A stretch of 64,000 nucleotides of DNA, from the NCBI RefSeq assembly GCF_036321535.1, contig NC_087437.1, forward strand, positions 95,110,001 through 95,174,000. The letters run 5' to 3'. Source of the stretch: Camelus dromedarius. Its lineage: Eukaryota. The stretch's first letter is position 1. Every line of letters starts with the position of its first letter. The position numbers and the translations under genes are program-made. A model generated the notes under the pieces. It searched no databases. It saw only the letters and a program-made list of their open reading frames with translations, and was not told the origin of the DNA. This document shows positions 14,712 to 28,529 of this stretch, piece after piece.

Positions 14712-15193
14712 CTAGATCAAGATTGCATCCTACTGCGTGTAACCAAAGTCAGACAAATTAGCCGAATGGGTTTAAATTTGAGTCTGGAGAAAGGCTGTAT
14801 GAAGTATAAGGACTCCAAGAAGCCATTAGGAACCAGCCTCCTTTGATTTTTCTGCTCTGCCAACCTTAGAATGTGACTTTCTTTCTTATGGTTGCAAGGT
14901 GACTGCTGCACCTCTCAGTGTCACCTCTCTGTGCTGTCCTTGAGGGAGGAATGTAAAAAATTATCAGCCTATTTTTTTTCCAGATAAAGAATAAATTTCC
15001 TGGAGGTCTTGCCCACTAGAATTCGATGACATCTTGTTGGCTTGAACTGTTACATGGCCACCCTTACTGTCAAAGTTTTCTGGAGAGATGTGTTTTTGAC
15101 TGGCCCATCTCTTCTCCAAACAAAATTTTGTCTTTTGTTGGACGGAAGAGCAAAGAATGGGTATTTACTAGGCAAGTAGCAAGGTCTGCCACA
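14712..15193 (-). mobile_element. MaLR LTR (MLT1-like) inserted in an L2
   Basis: ccattaggaaccagcctcc...ctgctctgccaaccttagaatgtg...ggttgcaaggtgactgctgcacctc and terminal ...gtctgccaca are typical of MLT1 J/K-type LTRs. Confidence 0.6.
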
Positions 15194-15279
15194 CAGATGC
15201 TATTGTTTCCTCTTCTTTATCTGGCTTTTTTTTGGCTTGTAGCTGAAATGTTTAGGCTCCAGGAGGATTTTGCTCTATG

Positions 15280-16010
15280 GCCTATTCTGGATGACTACAC
15301 CTACCTCCTTGGATTTAGTTGTCAAAGTTGTCCTGATTCACTCCTTGTTCTTTTCTCTCTAGCCTAGACTTTGCACTCATCTCTGTTTGGAGGTCTTGGT
15401 TGTGCCTCCAGCTTAAAGGTCCAGACTGAGACTTATCTTCCTTTCCATCCCTGTCTTTCCCCTTTCCTCTTTTATTTCCCAGCTATGAAAATGGTACTGC
15501 CATCTCACCAGCCCACCAGACTGGAAGCCGGAGATCTATTCCTTCCCCCTTTCTTTCCACCTGTTCATATCAGTTGATCATCTAGTCTTGCTGATTTTTT
15601 TTTTTCCTGAATGGCTGGAGAGTCTTCCCACTTATTTCCATCCCCCTTGCTGTTTCTCTAATTAGTATCACCATCATGTCACACTCAGATGACTGTAATA
15701 CTTATTCACAAGTAAAAATCTGATCTGTCCCTCTTGATTGCTCACTCAGAGATTCACAATTGCTCCTAAAAATCTGAACTCAAAAGGATTTGCAAGGATT
15801 TGTGTGATCCGGGCAGTGCAGCCTAGGATTTACGCTCTCTACCCCCATTCCTTTGATCTAGAAAAAGCTATTTATTGCTTCAGAGCTCAGCAGAGTCATC
15901 GCTTCCACCAAGTCTCCTTTTCTGTATATCCGACTCCTCCCCCCAAGGTTAACCTTCCCCATGCCTCCCTATATTCCTTGATCACAGCATGTAAGTCTTG
16001 TATTGTAAGT
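15280..16010 (+). mobile_element. L2 LINE fragment
   Basis: Pyrimidine-rich degenerate L2 motifs (cccacttatttccatccccc; caccatcatgtcacactcagatgactgtaata; tgcttcagagctcagc). Confidence 0.55.
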
Positions 16011-16027
16011 AAATGTTTACTTACCTG

Positions 16028-16238
16028 CAACAAGGTCCTACTGTATAGCCCAGGGAACTATTTTCAATGCTTTGTAATAGCCTATAATGGAAAACAATAT
16101 GAAAAGGAATATATATGTATATATGTATATACACATATGTATATACATATATATATAAACATGTATAACTGAATCACTATGCTGTACACCAGAAATTAAC
16201 AGAAAATTACACAGTGGCTATACTTTAATTAAAAAAAA
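16028..16238 (+). mobile_element. 5'-truncated L1 3' end with internal (TA)n and A tail
   Basis: caacaaggtcctactgtatagcccagggaacta...gtataactgaatcactatgctgtacaccagaaattaac plus A8. Imperfect TSD aaatgtttacttacctg (16011-16027) / aaaagtttacttgtctg (16235-16251). Confidence 0.85.
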
Positions 16239-16274
16239 GTTTACTTGTCTGTATTTCCCATTTAATTAAAAACA

Positions 16275-16315
16275 TTTTTGTGTTTGGGGGGGAGGCAATT
16301 AGGTTTGCTTGTTTG

Positions 16316-16353
<38 letters not shown>

Positions 16354-16381
16354 TAAAATGGAGGTACTGGGGATTGAACCC
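16275..16381 (-). mobile_element. 5'-truncated camelid-type tRNA SINE containing a (TGAT)9 microsatellite
   Basis: Same ggaggtactggggattgaacc B-box segment and gggggaggcaattaggttt linker as the copy at 10.8 kb; (TGAT)x9 at 16317-16352. Confidence 0.8.
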
Positions 16382-17929
16382 TACTTAATTTTAAGCACTT
16401 GTGTTGTATAACTTGTAGTACCTAACACAGGTATTAAAGGGTGTGTTATTACCGAATTTCTGTCAGTAAAAATTTCTGTATAATGATCTCCTCCAATCGA
16501 AAACAATAGAAGAAAAGTTTTATTTCTTATATTTAAAGGTGCTGATGTACAATTTAGCATTTTGTTTCCCTAATAGAAATGAGAGATTGCACAAATTATC
16601 AAATTATCTGTATTTTTTGTATGTGTGCCTGGAACAAATTTACCTTGAAACAACTGTAATGATAAGTCAAGTCTATGATTGCGTATCTCAGCAAACTTTT
16701 CTGAAAAGAACTTCAAGTAGAGCATTAATTTATTTAACATCATATTCTGATCATTATCTCAGACTATAAATTTAATATGCTATAAATAGAATGAAGAATA
16801 AGTTTTTAGAATTTATACTGAATAGAAGACATTATGCATGGATATTCAAAAGAAATATGTATGGATATACATCAATAGAAAAGGCATCATTTCCCCCCAA
16901 AATTATTAGATAACCTCACATTAAGATTTACAGTTAAATGGATAGTATAAAATTTTATCCCAGTGTTTGTTGTAGTAATCCAACATTATGTTGCTTGAAC
17001 ATCAGTTAAAAGGCATGACCACACAGGATTTTTCCAAAAAATAGATAATTCAGATTTTTCTCTTATAGTGTTAAATTTAAAAATTAATAGAATTAAAAAT
17101 GTTTACTATAAAATTTTAATATTAATTTTAAAAGTATAAATATTTCATATAAATATAAATAAACATGTTAAATAAATAGACTTTTAAGTATTAAAAAATT
17201 TTAAAACACTCTGCTTTTTGCCTAAAGTAAAACATAAAATCTGAGACACTGGAAAGAGATAGTCTTTGACATTGGTAACTACTTTTGACCAAAGCCTTTT
17301 CTAAGCTACAACAGTTAGTGATACTAAGGGGAGGGAGGAAAGAATGTTAATTTGAGTGAAGTGGTTCCAATTTTAAGGGGGTTTTATTGAAGCCAGAAAG
17401 GATACACACATGCAGACACACACACATAAGTAAATCAAGGAAATCTTTTTATATGCTGTTATGGATTCAGTTAAAGTTCCTCTTTGTTTCTTAATGTTTT
17501 AAAGAATGTCAGATTCAAATTTTCTTTAGATTTTAAAAATTGTGGTTGAAACATATGACTTACTTATGAAATTTTGGATAGGAAAAATATGAACAAAGGA
17601 AATCTCCTCTCTCTACCCTTGCCCTGAAATGCTACAATTACTGTGATAATTAGCTCAATGCTATTATGGATTTTTTTTCTTGTAAATAATTTATACTTCA
17701 GTTTGCCTTCATCCTGTAAGACAGCAGTGCCTGAAATTGATTTGGTATAATTGTACCTTTGATTAATATTTAATTTGAAATTATTTTACAGATTCAAGTT
17801 TAGATGTAACTGTGTCACATTTTAAGATGTTAAGTATATACTTGAGTATATGAGTGTACATGTTTTTATAATCACTCACTGTTTTATTATCCAAAGCCAC
17901 CATTTCTTCAGATCTATAAAGTAATTTTG

Positions 17930-17997
17930 TTATATATATAAAAATATATATTATGTATATAACATGTATATTATATACAGTATATATAATATATATT
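17930..17997. repeat. Degenerate (TA)n low-complexity tract
   Basis: tatatatataaaaatatatattatgtatataacatgtatattatatacagtatatataatatatattt. Confidence 0.7.
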
Positions 17998-18439
17998 TCT
18001 TTTTTTGGCTTACTAACAGAATTGATTAAATTTAGACATTCCTCCATTGCCCCCTGACTTCAGGTCGTATTTCTATAATATTACATGTAGAACATGTAGC
18101 TGTTATAAATGAAAATATTTGCCAATTTGAAGTTACTAAAATATAAGCCATTAATTCCATGGGTAAAATCTCTGATTCAAGGGACTATTTTCCATCACTT
18201 AACTCACACATCTGAGGAACTTGGGCAATTAGTTCACAGTGAAACCTTTGAGCTACTGATAGTCATGTAGGCGACAGGACAAAGGACTTCCCAGAGGGAT
18301 ATATTTCTTAGGTGCTTGAGTTGATGAGTGGGAGAGGTGGCTTGAGAAAGGATTGACTTCTTCTGCAACAGGATTATCATCAGTCACTTTCTCTTCTTCC
18401 CAACCCCAGTATCTTTTCTCCCTTAATAGGCTTTTGATT

Positions 18440-18960
18440 TTTTTTTAAACTTTTTTTTAATAGAGTTATAGTCATTTAAAAATTTTGTGTCAAATTCCAG
18501 TGTAGAGCACAATTTTTCAGTTATACATGAACATACATATATTCATTGTCACATTTTTTTTCTTTGTAAGCTACCACAAGATCTTGTATGTATTTCCCTG
18601 TGCTATACAGTATAATCTTGTTTATCTATTCTACATATGCCTGTCAGTATCTACAAATTTTGAACTCCCAGTCTATCCCTTTCCACCTCCTCTGCCTTGG
18701 CAACCACAAGTTTGTATTCTATGTCTATGAGTCTGTTTCTGTTTTGTATTTATGTTCTTCTTCTTCTTTTTTTTTTTTTTTTTAGATTCCACATATGAAT
18801 GATCTCATATGGTATTTTTCTTTCTCTTTCTGGCTTACTTCACTTAGAATGACATTCTCCAGAAACATCCATCTTGCTGCAAATGGCGTTATGTTGTCAG
18901 TTTTTCTGGCTGAATAGTATTCCATTGTGTAAATATACCACGTCTTCTTTATCATCTGTT
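18440..18960 (-). mobile_element. 5'-truncated young L1 3' UTR, antisense to ROBO1
   Basis: Poly-T followed by ttatagtcattt...ccagtgtagagcacaatttttcagttatacatg..., highly similar to the copy at 51763-52300. Confidence 0.9.
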
Positions 18961-20784
18961 GATTTTATACAAAAGAGGAGGCTACTTTAGAGTAGGATTA
19001 CACACATCTCTAAAAGCTTGTTCTACAGTTCAGCTCAAGTTTCTGAAATCTATTGGAAACTTACAGTTCCATGTACAGCCCCTGAGGAAGGGGGATCTTA
19101 ATTAGTTCTTTTCCATTTTAGCAGTAAATGACTCAAAAACAACCCAAACAAACAAAAACACAAAAGATGGCTGGGATCATTTGATTAATGATATGTAATT
19201 GTTTACCGGTAATTTCCTTTCCTGCAGTATCAACTCCACAAGCACAAGGACCTTATCACTCTGGATTACTGCTGACCTAGAACAGTACCTGGCACTGAAA
19301 CAGTCTTCCACAATGTCTCGTGTATGAATGTTCTGTTAGCTTAATGCTTGGAATTGATTTTCTGGGGCTTTTCTAAGGACCTGATAATGCCTCTTAACCT
19401 CTGTGGCTTAATTTTCTTACCTGCAAATAGGCAATGCTGTATACTATCTTATGTAATAATTGCATAATTGGTAACTATTGGAAAGTAATTTGGAATGGTC
19501 AGAGATAGGCATTGTACAGATGAGAGATGGCTGTCTTTATTAAGTAATCAATGATATCTTTAGAACTTCTGATATTTCTTGTACTCTTGCAAAACAGTAC
19601 AGTCTTAGTACCTGAAAGAAAGTCACACAGCAGTTGTATAAAAATAGAGGGAGGAAGGGAAAGCCAGAAGGAGAGGGCTTTAAATTTAGCTCTAACTACC
19701 ATGTCTATGATCTTTTCTTTTATGCTTTTCTATGGTATTTTCTTTAAAATTATGCTTTTTCCTAAGAATTTGTGCATTTTAGTTGATGTTTTTCAGGTTC
19801 ATAGTCTGGTGATAGTGTTGTATGTCTAGGGCAAATTGATGAGTGAGTATAGGCCATTATCGTATGTGGCAGGGTTGAAATCTGCTTCCAGGAGGTACAT
19901 TTCTCCATGATTTTCCCAGACATTTCTGCTTGGTGATGTGGGGGTGGGGAAGCAGTAAAGAGATTATTTTTTGGTCTTTGTGGTCTTTATTTTGGGAGGA
20001 AAACTTTAACCTTAGTTTTGGATTCCGTTGTCATAGTCTTTATTCTGTTGACTAGCCTTACAAGTCTTTAATCCATGGAAATCTACTCCACTTTTTATAT
20101 ATTTAATTCACTATATGGTTAAAGCTGTTTTCTGTTCTTTTATATGTGCTATATCTTTTCTTTACATTACAGTTGTTTGACAGATTTAGTTGTCTATGCC
20201 AGATTTTGTTCCCTGTTTAAAGTGTGTTTTGGTGCCAGTGAACTGTTAGAAATTTTGTGTGCAAACATACCCATTTGTATTCTGCCACTTATAATCTTTT
20301 TCTTTATATCTTTGTACCTTCCTAAAATCCTGACTTTTTAAAAGGAGGGCTTATTTTGAGAACAAAATCATGTTATTTCAAAGATATTACATTTGGGACA
20401 TTTATTGTCCCGCAGAGAATCTCTCATTTCAGGATGACTTGTATTGCACTCAATGTTTACAAAACTGTTCATTTATCTGACATAAGGGGCTAATCAAACT
20501 GTTTAAGTACATTCCTGGCTGTTTGGAAGCTTTTAAAGCACCAGATAGAGAGTCCTTAGCTATGGAAATTGTGTTTGTATGTATGGAACATCGTCACTGA
20601 AATTCTGAACAGAACCAAAGGAAGAAGAATATCGAATTTTAATATTCACCCTAAAATATTAATTTATTCCTATTTTATATTTAACTTAGTGGAATAAGTT
20701 GGCCCTTAGTAAAACATTCTTATAGAGTACAGTCTAAGTTTTTTCAAGTTGAGGAAGAAGTTGAGGTGTAAGGCCATGTCAATT

Positions 20785-20945
20785 GTAATAATAACCAACG
20801 CTTCTCTGTGGTTATTATGTGCCAGGCTCTTTATTAATTTATTTAATCCTCACAAAAACTCAATAAAGTATGTATTATTATTATCCTCACTTTTTAGATG
20901 ATGAAATTGAGGTCCAGGTAGTTTAAATAACTTTGTTCATGCTCG
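20785..20945 (-). mobile_element. MIR SINE
   Basis: tatgtgccaggctc...atttaatcctcacaaaaactc...attatcctcactttttagatgatgaaattgagg is the reverse MIR core. Confidence 0.75.
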
Positions 20946-23900
20946 TAATCCCTATGTTATTTTGCCTCTAATACTTAATGAGACTCCTTAATCATGAGGG
21001 ATGCTTAATCATGAATGTGAAACATAAGGCAAATTCATTTTGTACATGAGACAATTACTGTCTCAAAATAATGCCAAAGCGTGATATATATTATTTCCTT
21101 TGGGAAAATAATTGCTAATATGGCTACCAATAAGTTCAAATTTCTTCTACACCCAATTTTGAACTTATATTTTTATATTTGTTTTTTTAATCTGCAGTCA
21201 ATCATAGAGAAGAAACTGTAAAGTGTGAATATTGTTTTACATGCAATTCCTTTTAACATATGAAACTCTTACATTTTTATACTGCCTCAGTCAGTTGGTT
21301 CAGTTGACCTATATATTTTGCATGTAAGATTGAGCTGTGGCTTTGGTATCTATGCATTATTGATAAGTCAAACTACCCCAGGATTTGTACACTCAAAAGT
21401 TAAATAAAAATAGAATCCCCCAATAAAATTCGAGATGGGAGAAAAAGAGAGGTAAATTGATAGTTTTTGTTTGTTATTTTTACCTTTATTGTCCTTTAAT
21501 AAGCCCAGGAAAGTTAACCTGTATCAGCTTGCCTTCTTCAACTTATTCTGTGATATAAAGACAGAATACCTTTTTGATAAACAAACCATTACTTAGTATG
21601 ACCCCTTAAAAAAACATGACCAGTATGTCCAAGAGAAATCAATCTTCTGACTTGGCTAGGTAATCTTTTAAACCTAGATATTGATAAGGCAGTTATTCAG
21701 TAAATAGGTGGGAAGCAGTAAAGCTTCAGTTGGCTTGCACTGTGAACACATACTGTTTCCCTTTCTTTTCTCTTGTATTGACGAGTTTGTTCTTGTGACA
21801 TGTTCAGCTTTCTGTTAGGGCCATCTGCTTGGATTCTGCTCAGTTTACCTTCAACCATGTTGTTTTGTGTTGTCAAAGTCAACACAGTTTTCGACCTAAA
21901 AAATGAGTTACTGATCTCTGGTAAGTTTCAGTGAGGTGAAAGTCCTAATATTTCAGTCCTGCTTTGCACTGTCTGATCACGGAGATGTGTGAATTCTCCT
22001 GTGCAGAAAATCCATCCACAGACACTCCATTTCTGAGGACTTATTTGGGGCTGTTTGAAGCTCAGAGGGACATGATCTCTGGACAATCAGATATAATAGC
22101 CACTGAGAAATCAAACACATACCGATATATCAAATGACACATATTGTACGTCTGAGGGCAGTCGTCATACTTCACTTTGATATGACGGTTTTAGAGATAA
22201 AATTGTCAGTATGTCATTGAGCTTTTAACTAAAATTGGTAAAGTATTTGTAAGCACGTGAATAATCATGTCAGTGTGGTGGCATTGTTCCTTTGCTCTAG
22301 AAAGTACCTTAAGAAAAGATCAATAAATTGGTTGCAAAAACATGTGGTAGAGAATTAGGTAAACACATCCAGATTAGGACAATTACCTGATGCCTAATTT
22401 TTTTATATCTGAGTGTTTTATGGTAGTAGGCCATCACTATCCACGAGCATTCTTTTCTACACGAGGTTTCCTAAATGTATGAAGGATGTGTGTATACATT
22501 GTACTCAGTTTCACAGATAGACCAGACCTTCTGGCACCTTGAAAAGCAGTTGAGAAGACTCAGCTGAATGACAGTCACAGTGTAATAGTCTGAACTTGGA
22601 AAGTTCAAGAAAGAAAGCCAGGGTCTAATTGAGCTGGTAATTTATTTCTTTTGGCTGCCTTACCTGGTGATTTTTCTTTTATATCCTGGAGAGTAAGCAA
22701 ACACTGAGTTAGGAAAGATTGCTGCAAATTAACATGAAACCAAATCTAAAAATTGCCAAATAAGGGATGATGATTCATCTTTAATTGTTTAAAGCATCAA
22801 ATAGTTCTTCAAAATTTATAGCTAATTTTTGTTCTCTGAACTGAACAAAGTCACCATACTTTCCATGTTAGAATTTCTTCTGCTTAATAACTTTTCCAAG
22901 CTGCTCTTCTGTCATGGTCAGTGTTCTCCCATATCTCTCATCAGATTTAGTACTCTGACTCTTTTATGAACCATAGGAATTCCAAAATATTTACATACTT
23001 CTCTCTCTGCAAAATTTTTTTTTCCATTTACAGATGTAATTTCTATTTATAGATCTCTTTTCCATTTATAGATGTAAATGTCATGAACACAATCTGATGT
23101 CATAGGAGAAGGAATAAATTAGACTTATTTCATAATTTTTCCATAAATGGTTTGCCATTTATTTATATTCTTTTAACAGGTGTTTAAAATTCTACTGCAA
23201 GCTGGCTTTTGGGCTCACAACATCATGCTTTAATATTTAACTTATTATAAAGTATTATTCAACATTGGTGAATGTGTGGTAAAAGTCTACAGATTTTATA
23301 GAACTATACTGTATACTTAAAGAAATATAGCAATTAATCCTATAACAATTTAGGCTCTTCTAGTAGCTTCTGCTCTTAAACAACATTAGTAACAGCTCAC
23401 GTAGGAAAGGATAAAAAGAAGGAAGATATTTTCTGAATGGAAGCTGAGAGCTGGGGTTGAAAAACCCCCAGTTATTTCCTTTATGCTTGCTTTCTTATTT
23501 GGATTCTTTGAATTAGAATTGTTAATGGGCCAGATGAATCTGTCTAAGATAAATCCTTTAAAGCTGAGTGAATGATATGTCCCTAGAGAAATTATCTTAC
23601 TGGGACATGATCTGAGTGTATACCAAGCCCTGTCTAAATGTTCAGGATGACTAAGAACTTCTACAGATTGGAGTTTTAACAGACTTTCCTTAAATATGCC
23701 TTCCTTTTCTTTTCTTTTCTTTTTTTTTTTTTTAATTGTAGCTGAAGAATGATGCTGGAAATTGAGATTTTATAAAATTAGCCATATTTCTAGATATAAA
23801 TCAAATTAATTTACCACTCTCAATAAGTTACATTTATAATTACTATGGTATCAAAGACAAAATAAACAGCCTAAATTTATGTAATTTAGCTTAATGTTTT

Positions 23901-24995
23901 CTTATTTTAGAAATGTTTGTGATTTTTCTAAGAGGTGACTTTAAAAATAAATATTTTACCTATACTGTTAGTCATTATTAAATGGGAATATGAATATTTA
24001 ATGATATATCCTGAGAACTCATGGCAAAAATTTTCAATTTCAGACTTTTTAACTGGTCTTCTAATGCTTAAGTCATTCTTCTACTCTCAGTATACTTACA
24101 TAATAAAGTCAACAGGGAAGCTTTCCTGTACTGACTAGTTCAAAGACGGTCATAAACTCTTATGTGTACCACCTGGATTTTTTTGGTTTTCCCTTTTTTC
24201 TTCCCACAAAGAGAATACCTGAACTTATGCAGTAATGTCTATCTAGACTCTAATTAAACTGAATAATTCTTCCTGGAGACTACAGTATTTAACTAGATTG
24301 AAAATTGTAAAGCCAGTTATTGTAGTACCATAGTTGGAGTCACAGTTACAATTGTTACAGGACAAGCCTCCAATTTTTCATTAGGTTTTGCTCATTAGTA
24401 CTTAACACTAGATTTTGGATAAGGCATATTTATTTATATAAATATACTTATTTGTATATATAATATATATTTCATATATATATTAGATAAATAACAAAGT
24501 TTTTCATTTAGAAAAGATCACTTTGGAAAATGAATAATCTAAATGTATTTCTACTTGATTTTTTTCCCTCAAATTATAATTTTCAAATAGGTAAAATTTT
24601 AACATATTTTGGATATAATCTGAATTTTACTTTAGTAATTAAACTTGATGTCTCAGTAAGCATTATGTTGTAGAAATATATATATTTAAAATTTTTATAA
24701 AATAAAATACATAGAGAGGAGGGAGGGAAAACTAATCAATCTGTATGTGGAGATACTAGAAACATGTTATAGCAGGTAAAAGTATGTTCTATCCAATAGA
24801 GACATTCACTTATATTACTGACTACTCTGGACTTTCAGTGAGGTTTGGAATAGTGTCAAGGAAATATTTATGGTTGGTGAGTTATGGTTTGGACACCATT
24901 GGAGTCCAAATAGGATGTTAATTGGACATAGGATAAGTATATATATCAATACACAGCTTTTCCATCTGTCTCTAAAGGACATTTTAACATTAAAC

Positions 24996-25047
24996 ACTTT
25001 TTTAAACATTTTTTTATTGAGTTCTAGTCATTTTACAATGTTGTATC
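24996..25047 (-). mobile_element. Very short (about 50 bp) 5'-truncated L1 insertion
   Basis: T-rich tail plus ttttattgagttctagtcattttacaatgttgtatc (L1 3' terminus as at 51770). Direct repeat aacattaaac at 24986-24995 and 25048-25057. Confidence 0.75.
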
Positions 25048-26104
25048 AACATTAAACTTTTTAACAAAACTCATTGCATGCACTGAGTGAAGTAGTATTT
25101 TAAAAATTGTAACTGTTACCTTTAAATTTGGCTAGATTTTCTTTTGTTATGGAATGTTGATAATGAGTATTTGGTAAATTTCTGTACTTAATATATTTTT
25201 TCAGCTTTCAATGAAATACAGTTTTATGCTTTCTGATTTTTGAAAAAGCTTTTAATATAATATGAAATTGTTACTGGAAATTGTCAAACACAGTGTATGC
25301 TTTTGGCTTACTTATATAGTCAATGATTTATACAAAATGAAATTTAAAACCAGAGAAGTAAAGGATCACACATGAAAAAGTCCTTAGCCATTTGAGAGAG
25401 TCCATTTTCTTAATGCCATTTGTTTCTTTTGAATTGGTAGTCACTTGTCCTCAGATAAGATGAAAATCACACCCTTGTCCTCATACTTTGATTACCGAAT
25501 CTTAATGCTGTCAATGAATGAATTGTTCTCACTACAAAACTCTAGGCCTGGGGCAGTTAAGTTTTCTTGGTCTTTAGCCTAAGGAAATCTGACCCCCTCT
25601 AGAAGTACTTCCCATCTGCACACATAAAAGGGCTCTGTCTTTAACCAGTACAATAGCTTTCCGCTTTCCTTTAAGAAAAGTTTTGTAAATCAAGAAAGCT
25701 TTTGTGATCTGTTCCTTTAATCTCTTCTTGCTTCTCCCTATTTTTTTATTTCAAAATTTAATCAGGAATTCTAACATTTCACAAGTTGAAAAGAATAAAA
25801 TGTTTGACTAATGTAAGTTAGAACTCAACAACCTAAGACAAAATACATATGCAAGTATCAGTCCATTATTTTCTCCCAGAGTACTGAAATTTATAACTAT
25901 TTACAGGGGAGAGATCATTTTTTTGAGATTATATCTTTCTAGTTAATCTAAGATGAAGCAGTGGGATTTTAAATATACTTTTTACTAGTTTTATAAATTA
26001 TTTTTTCATTCTTTTGCATTATTAATCTTTTGGTTTAAATCATATTGACTGGAGGCCTTAAATATTGCATATTAGGTAAATCAGCTGTCAATGGACCTAT
26101 TGTT

Positions 26105-26300
26105 TGGTCCATTGCTCAGTTGACTGTAGCGCAGTGTAGACATAGTAGGGCCATAACTTTATGTTTGATTTTGTCAGAGCTGAGTTAACCCTACTCACCA
26201 AAACAGAACTCAATAGCTAACCATCCAACATTTCACATACTATTGGTTACAAATTAGGCTGACCAAGTACACAAATGCATTTGATAATGGAGCACATTTT
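26105..26300 (+). mobile_element. Possible ancient tRNA-derived SINE (MamSINE1-like), very degenerate
   Basis: gctcagttgactgtagcgcagtg (A-box-like), tatgtttgatt (B-box remnant) and actattggttacaa resemble the recalled consensus. Confidence 0.35.
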
Positions 26301-28355
26301 TTTACTCCATTTATTTGACGGTAGAAATGCACATTCATTCGTCCACCCCCTTTTGTTGGTTCAAGGTTTAGTAAAGGAACTGACATAATTCTAAATATGC
26401 ATTTTATTTTTCAAATTAAAGTAACTTTTTTTCACCTATATTATTTAAAAACCTGCACATCTTTGCATATATTATTTTCTGTCAAGTACATTCAAATATG
26501 TAACTTTTTTGTAAGTGATGAGAAATGGAGAAGGTTTCTAGCAAAATTATTTATTCCTAGAAAATTTTTTATGTGATAGTTTTAAAGGTTAATGTATTTT
26601 TTAACAATAACTTAAGTTTTAATTTATTGTGACATGTAGCCTGAATTTACTTTGCCTTAAAATTACAAAAAAAAAAAAAAAAGAAACCCTCACTGATTTC
26701 TGTTTTGATGTGGATGCTTTACTAGTAAGCTAAAATTGATGATATTATTACAGATATTATAGCTTATGCAAGGTTTTGAGAACAAGGAAGATTTAATAAA
26801 ACAGAGGCTTAGACAGTGCTTAAACACCCTGTCTTCCATGCTAATCTCCTGTTTACAGTGATCCATTATGAATATTCAGTGGTAGGCAGCATGCAGACAG
26901 AATTAGAGAACATATGGGTACAGTTATCCTGGTTAAAATGGCCAACGTGCCTTGTATTGTGTATGGAAGATAACAGGACAGGTGGTAATCCATCTTCACA
27001 GAGTGGAGACAGCTGGTATTTTCCGTAAGCTGAAGCAGTCTTTTTCAATGTAGTCTCACCTCACAGCTGATGTGTTGCTTATTAGTATAATTTAAAGCAT
27101 ACATTGACATTAAAAAGCATTCTATTTTCTGTCCAGAACAAAAACCACCTTGTGGACCAGGCATAAATCAATATATATATATATAAAATATATAAATATA
27201 TATTTTAGTTTTTGAAATAGAAAAAAATTAAGCTTTAATTTAATTATTGTTTAAATTAAAGGCTATATTGAAATATGCTCTTCGATAAAGTGTTTTTCCT
27301 TTGCGCTCGGTAAAAGAACTCTCTGTGTTCCATAATCTCCAAAATTATGAAGTTATTAGGGGAAATGATTAGTTCACACCATCAAGATATATTTCTTAAA
27401 TTTATTTTTTTAAATCATTTATCTCTCATCTAAACTATTTTTTCATTTCTTATATTAAAGAAAGACTCATCAGGCACATATTGGAATCAAAATAGCAGAA
27501 TCTCTCAGTATCTGCTTGGAAATTGTTTAACTTTTTGCTTGCTTCGTGTTATACAGTATAAAGAAGAAATCAAGTGTGTTGGCTTTCTGGTATATTGAAA
27601 ACTGTAGTTCCATGTTACATACAGGCCATTTCAAATTCCAATTACCCCCTTCAAAAACTGTAAAAATTATGACAGGGCCTTCAGTTACAATGGCCATATC
27701 AATTGATTTAGTCCATCTCAAAATTCCCCAAAGGAAAGTTCAGGTTAAAGGTCAGGTTACTAATGCATGACTCTCTTACTCGTTTTAGCAAGATCAGGAT
27801 CAGCAGTTTCCAATAGCACAGTGGACATATTTCCATCTCCCTGTCCAAGTATTGCACAGTCAGTATTACTAATACAGTCCCTATCCATACATGAGGCAAG
27901 GTTATTCACAGTGTCTGTGAATTAAAATAGGATAGGGGGTTCAGCACAGGTGTTAAATTCTTGTTTGTCAAGAAGTGAATATTCTGACTTTTACTTAACC
28001 ACTCAATTTCAGTATAGTAAATTTCCCCGGTTGTATTATTTATACATCAGCTTTGTAAAAAATTATGTTTACCTATGCTCTACAGAAGTAGACTTCCATA
28101 CTACAGATGTGAAATCAACAATTTACCATAGATTGGATTTCAGAGTTTCTCAAAGTGTGGATCTTATTATCTGTTACATCCTTTAAGTTTTTTCATGTCT
28201 GTGATTCCATTTTCTAATGGTAAACTTCTCCTTCTACTTACACGTTTTTGTAATACTTGGTGTTATTTAGTGCAATGACAAACTGGAAGATCTTTCTGTT
28301 GTAACTTTCTCCTCAAGGTGTAATTTCTTAAAGTCTGTTTTCTTAAAGTCTAGAT

Positions 28356-28529
28356 CAGCAGTTCTCAGACTTTTGTGTGTTTCAGAATCACCTGGATGAC
28401 TTGTTAAAACCCGGATTGCTGGGCCCCACCCCCATGTCTTCTGATTTAGCAGATCTGGAATTGGGCCTGAGAATTTGCATTCTAATGAGTTCCCAGGGGT
28501 TGCTGATCAAGCAGGTTGTAGAACTTCTG
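28356..28529. mobile_element. MER5A hAT-Charlie element
   Basis: cagcagttctcagac...cagaatcacctggatgacttgttaaaacccggattgctgggccccaccccc...gggcctgagaatttgcattctaa. Confidence 0.85.

Noticed and set aside
23019..23077. Short direct repeats ttttccatttayagatgtaa as an array
   Set aside because: Only two to three degenerate copies; an ordinary local duplication with no CRISPR-like or satellite organisation.
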